Position numbers and translations under genes: made by a program. The notes under the pieces are model-generated. The model worked only from the letters and a program-made list of their open reading frames with translations, had not been told where the DNA came from and searched no databases. Shown here in pieces: positions 15,918-24,005 of a stretch of 39,568 nucleotides of DNA. The first letter of the stretch is position 1. Each line of letters starts with the position of its first letter. Origin of the DNA: Chloroflexi bacterium RBG_19FT_COMBO_62_14 (GTDB taxonomy: Bacteria; Chloroflexota; Anaerolineae; Anaerolineales; E44-bin32); NCBI GenBank assembly GCA_001797105.1, contig MGOM01000142.1, positions 55,501 through 95,068 on the forward strand. The letters are read 5' to 3'.

Positions 15918-16481
15918 ATGGCCGAAGACTTTGACATTGGGGGGGCACCACCCGAGGAACCGACGAATCGCACTTTCGTCATTGCGGCCGCCGGGATCGG
16001 AGGTCTGCTCATTCTGAGCATGATCTGTCTGGCGCTCTACGCTCTGGTGCTGGCGCCTGCCCAGCAGAGGAACCGCGCCGCGGAAGCGACACAGATCGCG
16101 CTTCAAAACACGGAAGTGGCCCAATCGATCACTCAGACCGTGGCGGCCGCCCGGGCGACGGCCACCCGACCGTCAACGAACACCCCTGTGCCGCCGACGG
16201 CGACTGTGACCCGAACCCAGGTGGTGGTTCTGCCCACGGACACGCCGACGGCGACCTTGCCGGCGACGACCACGTCGACTCCATTCACAAACCTGGGAAC
16301 ACAATCGGCCCAGCAGACGTTGAATGCGAGCGGCGCGACCACGCCGTCTCCCACTGCAACGGCCCTGCCGTCGACGGGTTTCGCCGATGAAGTCGGATTG
16401 CCCGGTCTCTTGGTCCTGGGCGCAGCACTCCTTGTGGTGGTCGTTGTCGCCCGCCGGTTGCGGGTCGGAACCGGCAACTGA
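15918..16481 (+). CDS. Thr/Pro-rich surface protein with a C-terminal LPXTG-type sorting signal
   Basis: AGGAGA lies 8 nt upstream of ATG 15918. N-terminal TM. LPSTG at 16365-16379, followed by a hydrophobic stretch and an RRLR tail. Confidence 0.75.
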   Translation: MAEDFDIGGAPPEEPTNRTFVIAAAGIGGLLILSMICLALYALVLAPAQQRNRAAEATQIALQNTEVAQSITQTVAAARATATRPSTNTPVPPTATVTRTQVVVLPTDTPTATLPATTTSTPFTNLGTQSAQQTLNASGATTPSPTATALPSTGFADEVGLPGLLVLGAALLVVVVVARRLRVGTGN

Positions 16482-16518
16482 GCGACTGAAAGCCCGTCAA
16501 AAGTCATTGCGGCCTGTG

Positions 16519-16551
16519 CCGACAGGGTCAAACTCAATTTGGCCCTGTCGG
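16519..16551 (+). terminator. Hairpin CCGACAGGG-N15-CCCTGTCGG followed by TTTAT
   Basis: Perfect 9-bp stem read directly. The loop is large and the U-tract short, so this is weak as an intrinsic terminator. Confidence 0.3.
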
Positions 16552-16568
16552 TTTATCATATACACACC

Positions 16569-17888
16569 ATGATGAAAACCTATCTCCCCTTCAGCAAGCT
16601 GGCGGACAAAGTCCTGGAAGATCTCTCGTATGGGTTGAGTGTGGCGATCACCGGCCTTAGCAACAGCGGCAAGTCCGATTTGATGCGCGCTCTCTCCAAC
16701 ACCGGAGTGCAGGCTGAATTCGCCGAACGTCTTGCCAAGCCGGTGGCGTTGATCTACGTCGACTGCAACCGGGCTGTGGCCATCACGGCCCAGGCCTTCT
16801 ATGAGGTGGTGTTGCGAACGATCCTCGAGTGGCTGGATAAGGTCGATGCGAATGACCTGGCAGTCACTCTCCGAACGCGCTATCAGTCGATCACCGAGGC
16901 CGAGACCGCGTTCACCGCCTCACTCTCCTTCAATCTGGCGCTCTCGGAGTTGTGCGAAGGGCTGGACACGCTCGTCGTGCTATTGTTCGATGAGTTTGAC
17001 GAAATCTACGGTGCCCTCGATGAGCGGGCGCTCCTCAATCTGCGTGCTCTGCACGATGGCTTCAGCGAGCGCCTTCGGTATGTCGCGGCAACGGTGCGCA
17101 AGTTGAGCGAGATCCGTGGGGGCGCGGTCGAGAGCGAGTTCGCCGAACTCTTCACGCGTTCAACCTATCCAATGCCTCTCCTCACCCCGGCCGAATCAGA
17201 GCATCTCATCGGGGAAATGCAATTGACGCCCCGATCGCCCCGGCTTATCGCCGCGTGCGTTGAGCTGGGCGGGGGACACCCGGGAGTGCTGGTGGCGGTG
17301 GCCGAGGCCTTTGCCAACCTCCAGTCGGATTGGAAGGGCGACCCGCTCTTGCTCGCCAGTCAGAGACCACAGGTGAGCGCGGAATGTCTCAAGATCTGGG
17401 GCCAATTGACGGCCGAAGAGCAGGCCGGGTTGGCATCGCTGGTCCTCGAGGAGGATGCCGGTCTGCCCCAACCTCTCATGCGCCACCTGGAAGGGCTGGG
17501 GCTGCTGCGGGAGGGGAAGCCCTTCTCGCTCTTGTTCGCCCAATTCGTAGGCCGGCGCGGACGGGGCAAGGACATCGAGACGGAAGGTGTCCACATGGAC
17601 CCTGACGCCGGAGATGTCTGGGTCGATGGGATTCGCATTCCGGTTCTAACCGACCTTGAGTACCGCCTTCTGGGACTCCTTTACGAGAGGCGTGACAAAC
17701 TCACGGATAAGTACCGAATCGTAACAGCCGTGTGGGGAGAGGGTTATCTTGGGGAAGTCGACGACGCACGCGTGGAGAAACTCGTGAGCCGATTGCGCAG
17801 CAAGATCGAGGCCGATCCGTCGCAACCGCGCTATCTCACCACCCAGCGTGGCCGCGGCTACAAGCTGCTTTCACGCCCGGGAGCTTGA
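16569..17888 (+). CDS. P-loop NTPase (AAA/STAND-like) fused to a C-terminal OmpR-type winged-helix DNA-binding domain
   Basis: Walker A GLSNSGKS. Walker B VVLLFDEFDE. C-terminus LTDLEYRLLGLLYERRDKLTDKYRIVTAVWGE...VEKLVSRLRSKIE...RGRGYKL. ATG 16569 is preferred over TTG 16539. Confidence 0.8.
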   Translation: MMKTYLPFSKLADKVLEDLSYGLSVAITGLSNSGKSDLMRALSNTGVQAEFAERLAKPVALIYVDCNRAVAITAQAFYEVVLRTILEWLDKVDANDLAVTLRTRYQSITEAETAFTASLSFNLALSELCEGLDTLVVLLFDEFDEIYGALDERALLNLRALHDGFSERLRYVAATVRKLSEIRGGAVESEFAELFTRSTYPMPLLTPAESEHLIGEMQLTPRSPRLIAACVELGGGHPGVLVAVAEAFANLQSDWKGDPLLLASQRPQVSAECLKIWGQLTAEEQAGLASLVLEEDAGLPQPLMRHLEGLGLLREGKPFSLLFAQFVGRRGRGKDIETEGVHMDPDAGDVWVDGIRIPVLTDLEYRLLGLLYERRDKLTDKYRIVTAVWGEGYLGEVDDARVEKLVSRLRSKIEADPSQPRYLTTQRGRGYKLLSRPGA

Positions 17889-18101
17889 GGCCGGCCCGAG
17901 GCCTCAGTCCCTTCAGCCTTATCCGATTTCGCCGCCACCCGCCCGCCTTGCCGGAGCGCCAGATGTCGCGGCGGCTGTGTTTGATACGGTACTCCCTCGC
18001 ACATTCCCCCAATCCGAGACGAGCGACAAGGAGGTCATCGAACTCACCCGAATCCGACGAGTGGCTGAGTCGGATTCGGATGAGCCAGCACAAGCGTTGG
18101 A

Positions 18102-19559
18102 CTAGGTCTCCGCCAATGAGCGGCCGTAGCTGAGGAGCGCGTCCACCATTCCCGGCTCAGGCGCCTCGGCATAGACGCGCAACACCGGTTCGGTGCCCGA
18201 AGGACGAATGAGAAGCCAAGACTCATCCTGAAGCATGTACTTGACCCCGTCGAGGCTGCTGACCGAAACTACTCCGACGCCGCCGATGGAGGCTGGGGCC
18301 TGCGTTTCCAGGCGTTCGACCATGTGCTCCTTGGAAACAGGTCGCGCCAGCCGCAGGTCGAGGCGGGCATAGTGGGCCGGACCCACCTGGGCCAGCAGAT
18401 CGGCGACAAGCTCCTCGAGGGGTGTCTTCAAGGCGGATACCATCTCGAGCATGAGCAATCCCATGAGGATCCCATCGCCCTCGGGGATGTGCCCGCGGAA
18501 AGTCATCCCGCCCGATTCCTCGCCCCCGATGAGCACATCGTCACGCAGGATGTGGTCGGCGATGTGATTGAAACCCACCGGGGTCTCAACGACCTCAAGG
18601 TCGAACTTCTTGCCCAATCGGTTGATCATCTGGGTCGTGGAAATCGTCTTGACCACCTTCCCACGCCAGCCGCGCTGTTCCACCAGGTATCTCAAGCTCA
18701 GGGCCAGGATGCGGTGTGCATCGACATACTGTCCTCGCCCGTCCATGGCCCCGATGCGATCGGCATCTCCGTCCGTCGCCAACCCAAGCTGGCCGTGTCC
18801 GGCGGCGATAGCGCCGGCCAATGGGCCAAGGTAGCGTGCGATGGGTTCAGGGTGGATCCCGCCGAAGCCCGGGTTCATCTCGGAGCGGACCTCGAGAACC
18901 TCGCAGCCTGTCCCCTGCAAGATGCCTTTGATCAGACCGCGTCCGGAGCCGAACATCGAGTCGACCACCAGGCGTAAAGGCCCGTCCGTGATGGCTTCGA
19001 AGTTGATCAGTGTGCGGAGGTGCTCGTAATAGGCCTGTGTCGGATTGATGCGCTCCAGTAAGCCGGTAGACCGCGCCTGTTCGAAGTCCATCAAATTCGG
19101 ACCCCGACCGCGAGCCTCGTTGTCGTTCAAATACACTTCGACCCGGCGGCACTGCTCGGGCAGGGCCGAGCCGCCGTACATCGATTTCAATTTCACACCG
19201 TTGTAACGCGGGGCGTTGTGAGAGGCAGTGATCATGATGCCGGCGACCGCACCCAAGTTCTTCACGGCGTGGGAGAGAGTCGGGGTTGGAACATCGGCGG
19301 TCGTCAGGAAGACTTGGTATCCGTTGGCGGCCAGTACCCGGGCTGCTTCGACGGCGTAGCGGTCGGAAAGGAAGCGCGTATCGAAGCCGACGACCATTCG
19401 TCGCCGGTCGGGTGGCTTGCCGCCAGCCGCGCCCCCGTTGAGCCATTCCTCCGAGGCTACGGCGTCAGCGATCGCCTGTGAGACAAGGCGGAGGTTGTGA
19501 AAGGTGAAGGTGTCGGAGATGACACCGCGCCATCCGTCCGTGCCGAAGTGAATTGTCAT
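18102..19559 (-). CDS. Phosphoglucomutase/phosphomannomutase-family phosphohexomutase
   Basis: Active-site ITASHNAPRYNGVKL. Metal loop ATDGDADRIG. Sugar loop IGGEESGGM. Confidence 0.92.
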   Translation of the reverse strand: MTIHFGTDGWRGVISDTFTFHNLRLVSQAIADAVASEEWLNGGAAGGKPPDRRRMVVGFDTRFLSDRYAVEAARVLAANGYQVFLTTADVPTPTLSHAVKNLGAVAGIMITASHNAPRYNGVKLKSMYGGSALPEQCRRVEVYLNDNEARGRGPNLMDFEQARSTGLLERINPTQAYYEHLRTLINFEAITDGPLRLVVDSMFGSGRGLIKGILQGTGCEVLEVRSEMNPGFGGIHPEPIARYLGPLAGAIAAGHGQLGLATDGDADRIGAMDGRGQYVDAHRILALSLRYLVEQRGWRGKVVKTISTTQMINRLGKKFDLEVVETPVGFNHIADHILRDDVLIGGEESGGMTFRGHIPEGDGILMGLLMLEMVSALKTPLEELVADLLAQVGPAHYARLDLRLARPVSKEHMVERLETQAPASIGGVGVVSVSSLDGVKYMLQDESWLLIRPSGTEPVLRVYAEAPEPGMVDALLSYGRSLAET

Positions 19560-19640
19560 GAATTGTCTCTTGGGATGGGTTGAAGGACGACATTCTATCA
19601 GTCGCGACGGGTAGGGTCAAGCCGGCGTATTCAACCATCT

Positions 19641-19689
19641 AAAATGTTACCGGCGGGGTATGGTTCCCTCATTTGAAAATGTTACCGAG
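19641..19689 (+). repeat. Left terminal inverted repeat with two AAAATGTTACCG sites 35 bp apart
   Basis: Sites at 19641-19652 and 19676-19687. Confidence 0.8.
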
Positions 19690-19695
19690 GGTGCC

Positions 19696-20949
19696 ATGGC
19701 CGCCGATGACCCGATGACCGTCGATGAGCGTCGGAAGTACCTACGGACGATGCAGAAGCGCTACCGGAAGGCCTCCCGCAAGGGGCAAAGCCAGCTGTTG
19801 GACGAGATGGAGGCGGTGACCCATCTACACCGCAAGAGTCTGAGCCGGCTGATGAACGGCGACTTGGCCCGCAAGGCCCGCTCCAGGCAGCGCGGCCGCA
19901 CCTATGGGATCGAGGTCGTTCGAGCCCTCAAGGTCATCGCCGAGAGCTTCGATTACCTGTGTGCCGAACGGCTGCAACCCAACCTGGTGTGGATGGCGGA
20001 CCATCTGGCTGCTCATGGCGAAGTCGAGCTCTCCCCTGGCCTCCTGAGCCAGCTTGGCAAGATCAGCGTTTCCACCGTCCGGCGGATCCTCGAGAAGCTT
20101 GGCCAAGACGAGCCTCGCTTACCCCGCAAAGGACCCCAAGAAGCCAATCGCTATCGTCGCAACGTCCCCGTCCGGCGCATCCCCTGGAACGAAAGCCAGC
20201 CGGGCCACTTCGAGACCGATCTGGTCCATCACTGCGGCATCTCCGCTTCCGGCCAGTACGTCCACACCCTGCAGATGGTCGACGTGGCCACCGGCTGGAG
20301 CGAGCGGGCCGCCACGCTGGGACGCAGCTACCTGGCCATCCAGGACGGCTTTCGACGCATCCTGGCCCGCCTGCCTTTCAAGGTGCTCGAGATCCACCCC
20401 GACAACGACAGCGCCTTCTTCAACGTTCACCTGGCCAAGTTCTGGAAGAACACCGCCAAGGACGTCCAGCACTCCCGCAGCCGGGAGTGGCACAAGAACG
20501 ACAATCGTTTCATTGAGCAAAAGAACTCCACCCTTGTCCGTGCCTACATTGGCCACAACCGTCTCGATACCGTCGACCAAACGGACCTGCTCAACTCGCT
20601 CTACGACAGGCTCTGGCTCTACTACAACCTTTTCCAGCCCGTGATGCGCCTGGAGGAGAAGCTTATCCTGGCCCTGGCGGATGGCCGCCGCCGCGTTCGC
20701 CGCCGCTATGACCGCGCTCGGACCCCCTTCGATCGGCTGTGCGCCACCGACGCCCTCCCCGCCGCCGCCCGTCACCAGCTCGAAGCCCTGCGCTCGGCCA
20801 CCAACCCTCGCAAGCTACGCCAGGAGATCTACGACCTCCTGGAAGCCCATCATCGCCTGCCCTGTGCCGTGGATGGCCAGACGGAGGATGTCTACCTGAC
20901 GTTGTTCGCCCCACCATTCCGCCAAGAGGAGGAGGCCCTGACTCGGTAA
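19696..20949 (+). CDS. DDE transposase (N-terminal HTH + integrase core domain)
   Basis: HFETDLVHH...VDVATGW...EIHPDNDSAFFN...NDNRFIEQKNSTLVR (D, D, E spacing). ATG 19696 is preferred; the track start at 19660 lies inside the inverted repeat. Confidence 0.85.
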   Translation: MAADDPMTVDERRKYLRTMQKRYRKASRKGQSQLLDEMEAVTHLHRKSLSRLMNGDLARKARSRQRGRTYGIEVVRALKVIAESFDYLCAERLQPNLVWMADHLAAHGEVELSPGLLSQLGKISVSTVRRILEKLGQDEPRLPRKGPQEANRYRRNVPVRRIPWNESQPGHFETDLVHHCGISASGQYVHTLQMVDVATGWSERAATLGRSYLAIQDGFRRILARLPFKVLEIHPDNDSAFFNVHLAKFWKNTAKDVQHSRSREWHKNDNRFIEQKNSTLVRAYIGHNRLDTVDQTDLLNSLYDRLWLYYNLFQPVMRLEEKLILALADGRRRVRRRYDRARTPFDRLCATDALPAAARHQLEALRSATNPRKLRQEIYDLLEAHHRLPCAVDGQTEDVYLTLFAPPFRQEEEALTR

Positions 20950-20990
20950 CATTCTCATTTGGCAGAACCATTCCCGTTCGGTAACATTTT
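20942..20990 (-). repeat. Right terminal inverted repeat with two CGGTAACATT(T/C)T sites 35 bp apart
   Basis: Sites at 20944-20955 and 20979-20990. The transposase stop TAA (20947-20949) lies in the inner site. Confidence 0.8.
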
Positions 20991-21207
20991 CATTTGGCTT
21001 GACACGGCCGGCTGCACCGCCGAAGCACTTCTCTCGGAATCAAACACTGGGCCTCCGATCGGCGTGTGGACACGAGAGGCATGGGAGAGCCCCTGTGCAC
21101 CATCGACCGGGCGCAACTCCGCGCAAAGGTCGCTGCAGAGACACAGTGCATCGCAACACGGGCGCGGGTGGTGGAACTTGAGGCGGTCAGATCAGACAAG
21201 CGGATGA

Positions 21208-22509
21208 TCAGCCGGGGTAGGCGAGTCCGACGACGAGGTCGTTGACGTTGGTCCCTGTCGGTCCGATGCGGATGAGGGCCCCCAACCGGTCCAGGGTTGG
21301 GTAGGCGTTGTTATCCACCAGGGCTGCCTCCGGGTCAAGCCCTGCCTCCCGCGCCCTGCCGGCTGTCTGACTGGTGACGACGGCGCCGGCGGCATCGGTC
21401 GGTCCATCCACCCCGTCCGTGGCCAGCGCCATCAGTGCTCTGCCGGATGATCCGTCGAGCGTCAGGGCTGCCGACAGGGCAAGTTCCTGATTCCGTCCTC
21501 CGAGCCCCTGACCGCGCACCATCACGGTCGTCTCTCCACCCATCAGCAGGCAAGCGGGCGGGGATGTACGCGTCAGGCGGGATCCGAAGAGGCCTCCTAC
21601 GATCCGGGCCTCGCCGGCCATTCGGCGACGGATCACGACCGGGGCGAAGCCTAGGCCGGATGCGGCCTGCATGGCCGCGTCCAGCGCCACGCGATTGCTA
21701 CCAATCAAGACATTTGTCGGAAGCGGCGCCGGCGCCGGAGTGGTCGGAGTGACCGTCAGTGCCTCGCGGATGCTGGGTGGGACCTGGGTCCACAGGTTGT
21801 GTTTCTCTAGGATTTGCCTGGCCAGGCGAGGCCGAGGGGAGCGCACGGCCGTCGGGCCCGAAGCGATGGACGAAAGCCGATCCCCAACGACGTCGGAGAG
21901 GATCAGGGCTACGGTCCGCGCCGGAGCCGCCAGGCGAGCCAGTCCACCGGACTTAATCCGGGAAAGCGCGCTGCGAACGATGTTGATTTCATCGATCGGC
22001 GTGCCGGATCGAAGAAGCAATCCGTTAAGCGCTTGAAGCTCCGGCAGCGCAATCCCCCCGCGAGGGATCTCGAGCATCGCCGATCCCCCGCCGGATACCA
22101 AGGCCAACAACACGTCCCCCTCGGCTGTTTCAGTCAGCATCGTCTCGACGGCTCTCCCGCCGATCAGACTGCCTTCATCCGGATGGGGATGACCGGCCGG
22201 GATGTATGTCAATCCGGCAGGAGCGGGGTCACTTGTCCAGCGTGGCACGGCGGCAATTCCCTGGTCAATCCTGCTTCCCAGTACATCGACTGCCGCCTTG
22301 CACATCGCAGGAGCGGCTTTCCCGATCGCGATGACAAACAAACGGGATTTGGGAATAAGGGAGATCGTATGGCTTCCAGCGGTGAAACCACCTGGCCGCA
22401 GCTGAAGCTGCTCGGCTACACAACGGCCGGCGTCAGCCGCCTGAAGGACGACGGTCTGGATCAATCTCAGATGAGTGAGGTAGTCGGAGAAGCGAGGACT
22501 GGTCACCAT
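21208..22509 (-). CDS. Glycerate kinase (DUF4147 + MOFRL family; glycerate 2-kinase/TtuD-like)
   Basis: VIAIGKAAPAM. LLMGGETTVMVRGQGLGGRNQELAL. LATDGVDGPTDAAGA. Confidence 0.88.
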   Translation of the reverse strand: MVTSPRFSDYLTHLRLIQTVVLQAADAGRCVAEQLQLRPGGFTAGSHTISLIPKSRLFVIAIGKAAPAMCKAAVDVLGSRIDQGIAAVPRWTSDPAPAGLTYIPAGHPHPDEGSLIGGRAVETMLTETAEGDVLLALVSGGGSAMLEIPRGGIALPELQALNGLLLRSGTPIDEINIVRSALSRIKSGGLARLAAPARTVALILSDVVGDRLSSIASGPTAVRSPRPRLARQILEKHNLWTQVPPSIREALTVTPTTPAPAPLPTNVLIGSNRVALDAAMQAASGLGFAPVVIRRRMAGEARIVGGLFGSRLTRTSPPACLLMGGETTVMVRGQGLGGRNQELALSAALTLDGSSGRALMALATDGVDGPTDAAGAVVTSQTAGRAREAGLDPEAALVDNNAYPTLDRLGALIRIGPTGTNVNDLVVGLAYPG

Positions 22510-22564
22510 CTTGCGATTTCCTGGCTCCTCCGAGCGATCGCATTCGATCTGTGGTAGAAGGAAA

Positions 22565-23839
22565 TCAGGGGGACGAAATGAGCTGGACCGCCGCCTGAGC
22601 CGCCGCGTCGGGGGTCGCGCCTCCGCTCAAGACCGCCTCGACCGCAGCTTGGAGAGGGGGACCGAAGGTGACCAGGACCTCTCCCGGCGGCGTCGGACGT
22701 GAGACGCTGACGAGACGGGAGACAATCGACCGGTCAAGCCCTCCAGGCCAGGCCCCAAGCGCCGATCTGTTCGGGGGGAGCAAGCCCAGGGCGTTGGTCC
22801 ACGGGCCGAGAAACTCCGGTTCCGATAGCCAGACGATCAACTCGGCCGAAAGCCTCTGATGCTCGGCGTCTTGGGAGACGATCGCCCAGGACCAGGTCTC
22901 GGCGAAGCAGATCCCGGCCCCGCCCTTGGTGGGCAAAGGCAAGGCGGCTTCCTTTTCCGGATCGTGTTGGCTCAGAAAGAGGCTGAGGGGCGCGGTCCCG
23001 CCTGCTGCTCGCTCACCCCGAACGGCAGCCCAGGTATCGCTGTCGGCGGCGAATTGGCGAGCTGAGAGCGGAATCACTCCCGCGGCGCGGGAAGAGGCGT
23101 AGAACGATAGGACCTCAGTCAAAATGCCAGCGTCGAGGGATGGGCGTCCGCTTTCGTCCGTGAGAGAGCCGCCCAGGGAGACGTACTCCGCCAATGTGAA
23201 CAGGGCATACGGGTCTGCGGCGGGGAAGACGAAGGGGGCTGGGCCGGCCAGGATCTCAGCCCAACTCAACGGCGGCCGCGGATAGCGTGTCAGGTCGTAG
23301 CTCAGGATCTCGGCCTCGGCGGCGAAAGGCAAACCAAAGAACTCGCCCTCGGATGACGAGACCCCGAGTGCATGTGCGTACCACTCAGGTGAGGCGGGCT
23401 CGACCACGAGCCCGTTAAGCGGCACGATCAGTCCTTTGATCGTCGCCGCGCTGAGAGCAACCGGGTCCAGGGCGATCACATCTGGGAGCACCGCCGGGGC
23501 TGCCACGGATACCGCCGCCAGTGTATCCAGCAGGCCGGCGGGTCCGCCTACATCCTTGATCCGGACCGCCAGGTCGACTCCCGGGTGTGTTTCCTCGAAT
23601 GAAGCCAGGCGATCGGCCAGCAGGCTTCCAGCCGGGGAGGGTACTTCCGGCGAGAAGGTATCGGGGACCCAGAGTGTCAGGCTTTGTCGGGAGGGCTCGC
23701 GCGTCAGCGTAGCCTCGACCGTCGGAGACGTCCCAGGCGACTGCGTAGAATCGAGGGGAGTTGCGGATGGGCCGGCGGCGCCGCATGCTGTCAGGAAGAG
23801 AGCCGCGATCACCGACCAGGTGCCGAAGCGTGATTCCAT
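22565..23839 (-). CDS. Extracellular solute-binding lipoprotein (ABC transporter family-1-like)
   Basis: Signal peptide with lipobox (VIAALFLTAC) starting at Met 23839; the track start at GTG 23935 is less likely. LTLWVPDTF...ETHPGVDLAV pattern. Confidence 0.78.
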   Translation of the reverse strand: MESRFGTWSVIAALFLTACGAAGPSATPLDSTQSPGTSPTVEATLTREPSRQSLTLWVPDTFSPEVPSPAGSLLADRLASFEETHPGVDLAVRIKDVGGPAGLLDTLAAVSVAAPAVLPDVIALDPVALSAATIKGLIVPLNGLVVEPASPEWYAHALGVSSSEGEFFGLPFAAEAEILSYDLTRYPRPPLSWAEILAGPAPFVFPAADPYALFTLAEYVSLGGSLTDESGRPSLDAGILTEVLSFYASSRAAGVIPLSARQFAADSDTWAAVRGERAAGGTAPLSLFLSQHDPEKEAALPLPTKGGAGICFAETWSWAIVSQDAEHQRLSAELIVWLSEPEFLGPWTNALGLLPPNRSALGAWPGGLDRSIVSRLVSVSRPTPPGEVLVTFGPPLQAAVEAVLSGGATPDAAAQAAVQLISSP

Positions 23840-23990
23840 TGACCGAGAATTATACAGCCCGGCCAGATTCGCGAAACGCGCGGGCCATGTATCTCCTCCC
23901 AACGAGATCGTGAGGCCTGAGGAACGTCGCCTCACGAGGGGCAGGCGGAGAGGTTTCGCGAACGCCGATGGCCTCGCCGCGTGGGGCCTA

Positions 23991-23999
23991 TGTTAGAAT
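23991..23999 (+). promoter_or_regulatory. Extended -10 element TGtTAGAAT, 6 nt upstream of the uvrC ATG
   Basis: Reads TGtTAGAAT-ccgccc-ATG (24006). No room for a Shine-Dalgarno motif. Confidence 0.4.
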
Positions 24000-24005
24000 C
24001 CGCCC

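Larger units (their letters stand above)
19641..20990 (+). mobile_element. Insertion sequence (~1350 bp) encoding a single DDE (rve/integrase-core) transposase; family not assigned
   Basis: 49-bp imperfect terminal inverted repeats (about 39/49 identical) bracket one transposase ORF. Confidence 0.8.

Noticed and set aside
17886-18079. Hairpins between the convergent regulator and phosphohexomutase genes (TGAGGCC-N7-GGCCTCA at 17886-17906; CCGAATCCGAC-N10-GTCGGATTCGG at 18048-18079) as intrinsic terminators
   Set aside because: The stems are real, but neither is followed by a U-tract on either strand. They are noted as possible structures only.
19631-21000. Target-site duplication flanking the IS
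   Set aside because: The flanks read ...TCAACCATCT | IS | CATTTGGCTT... . I see no direct repeat of 3 bp or more that abuts both ends, so no TSD is claimed.
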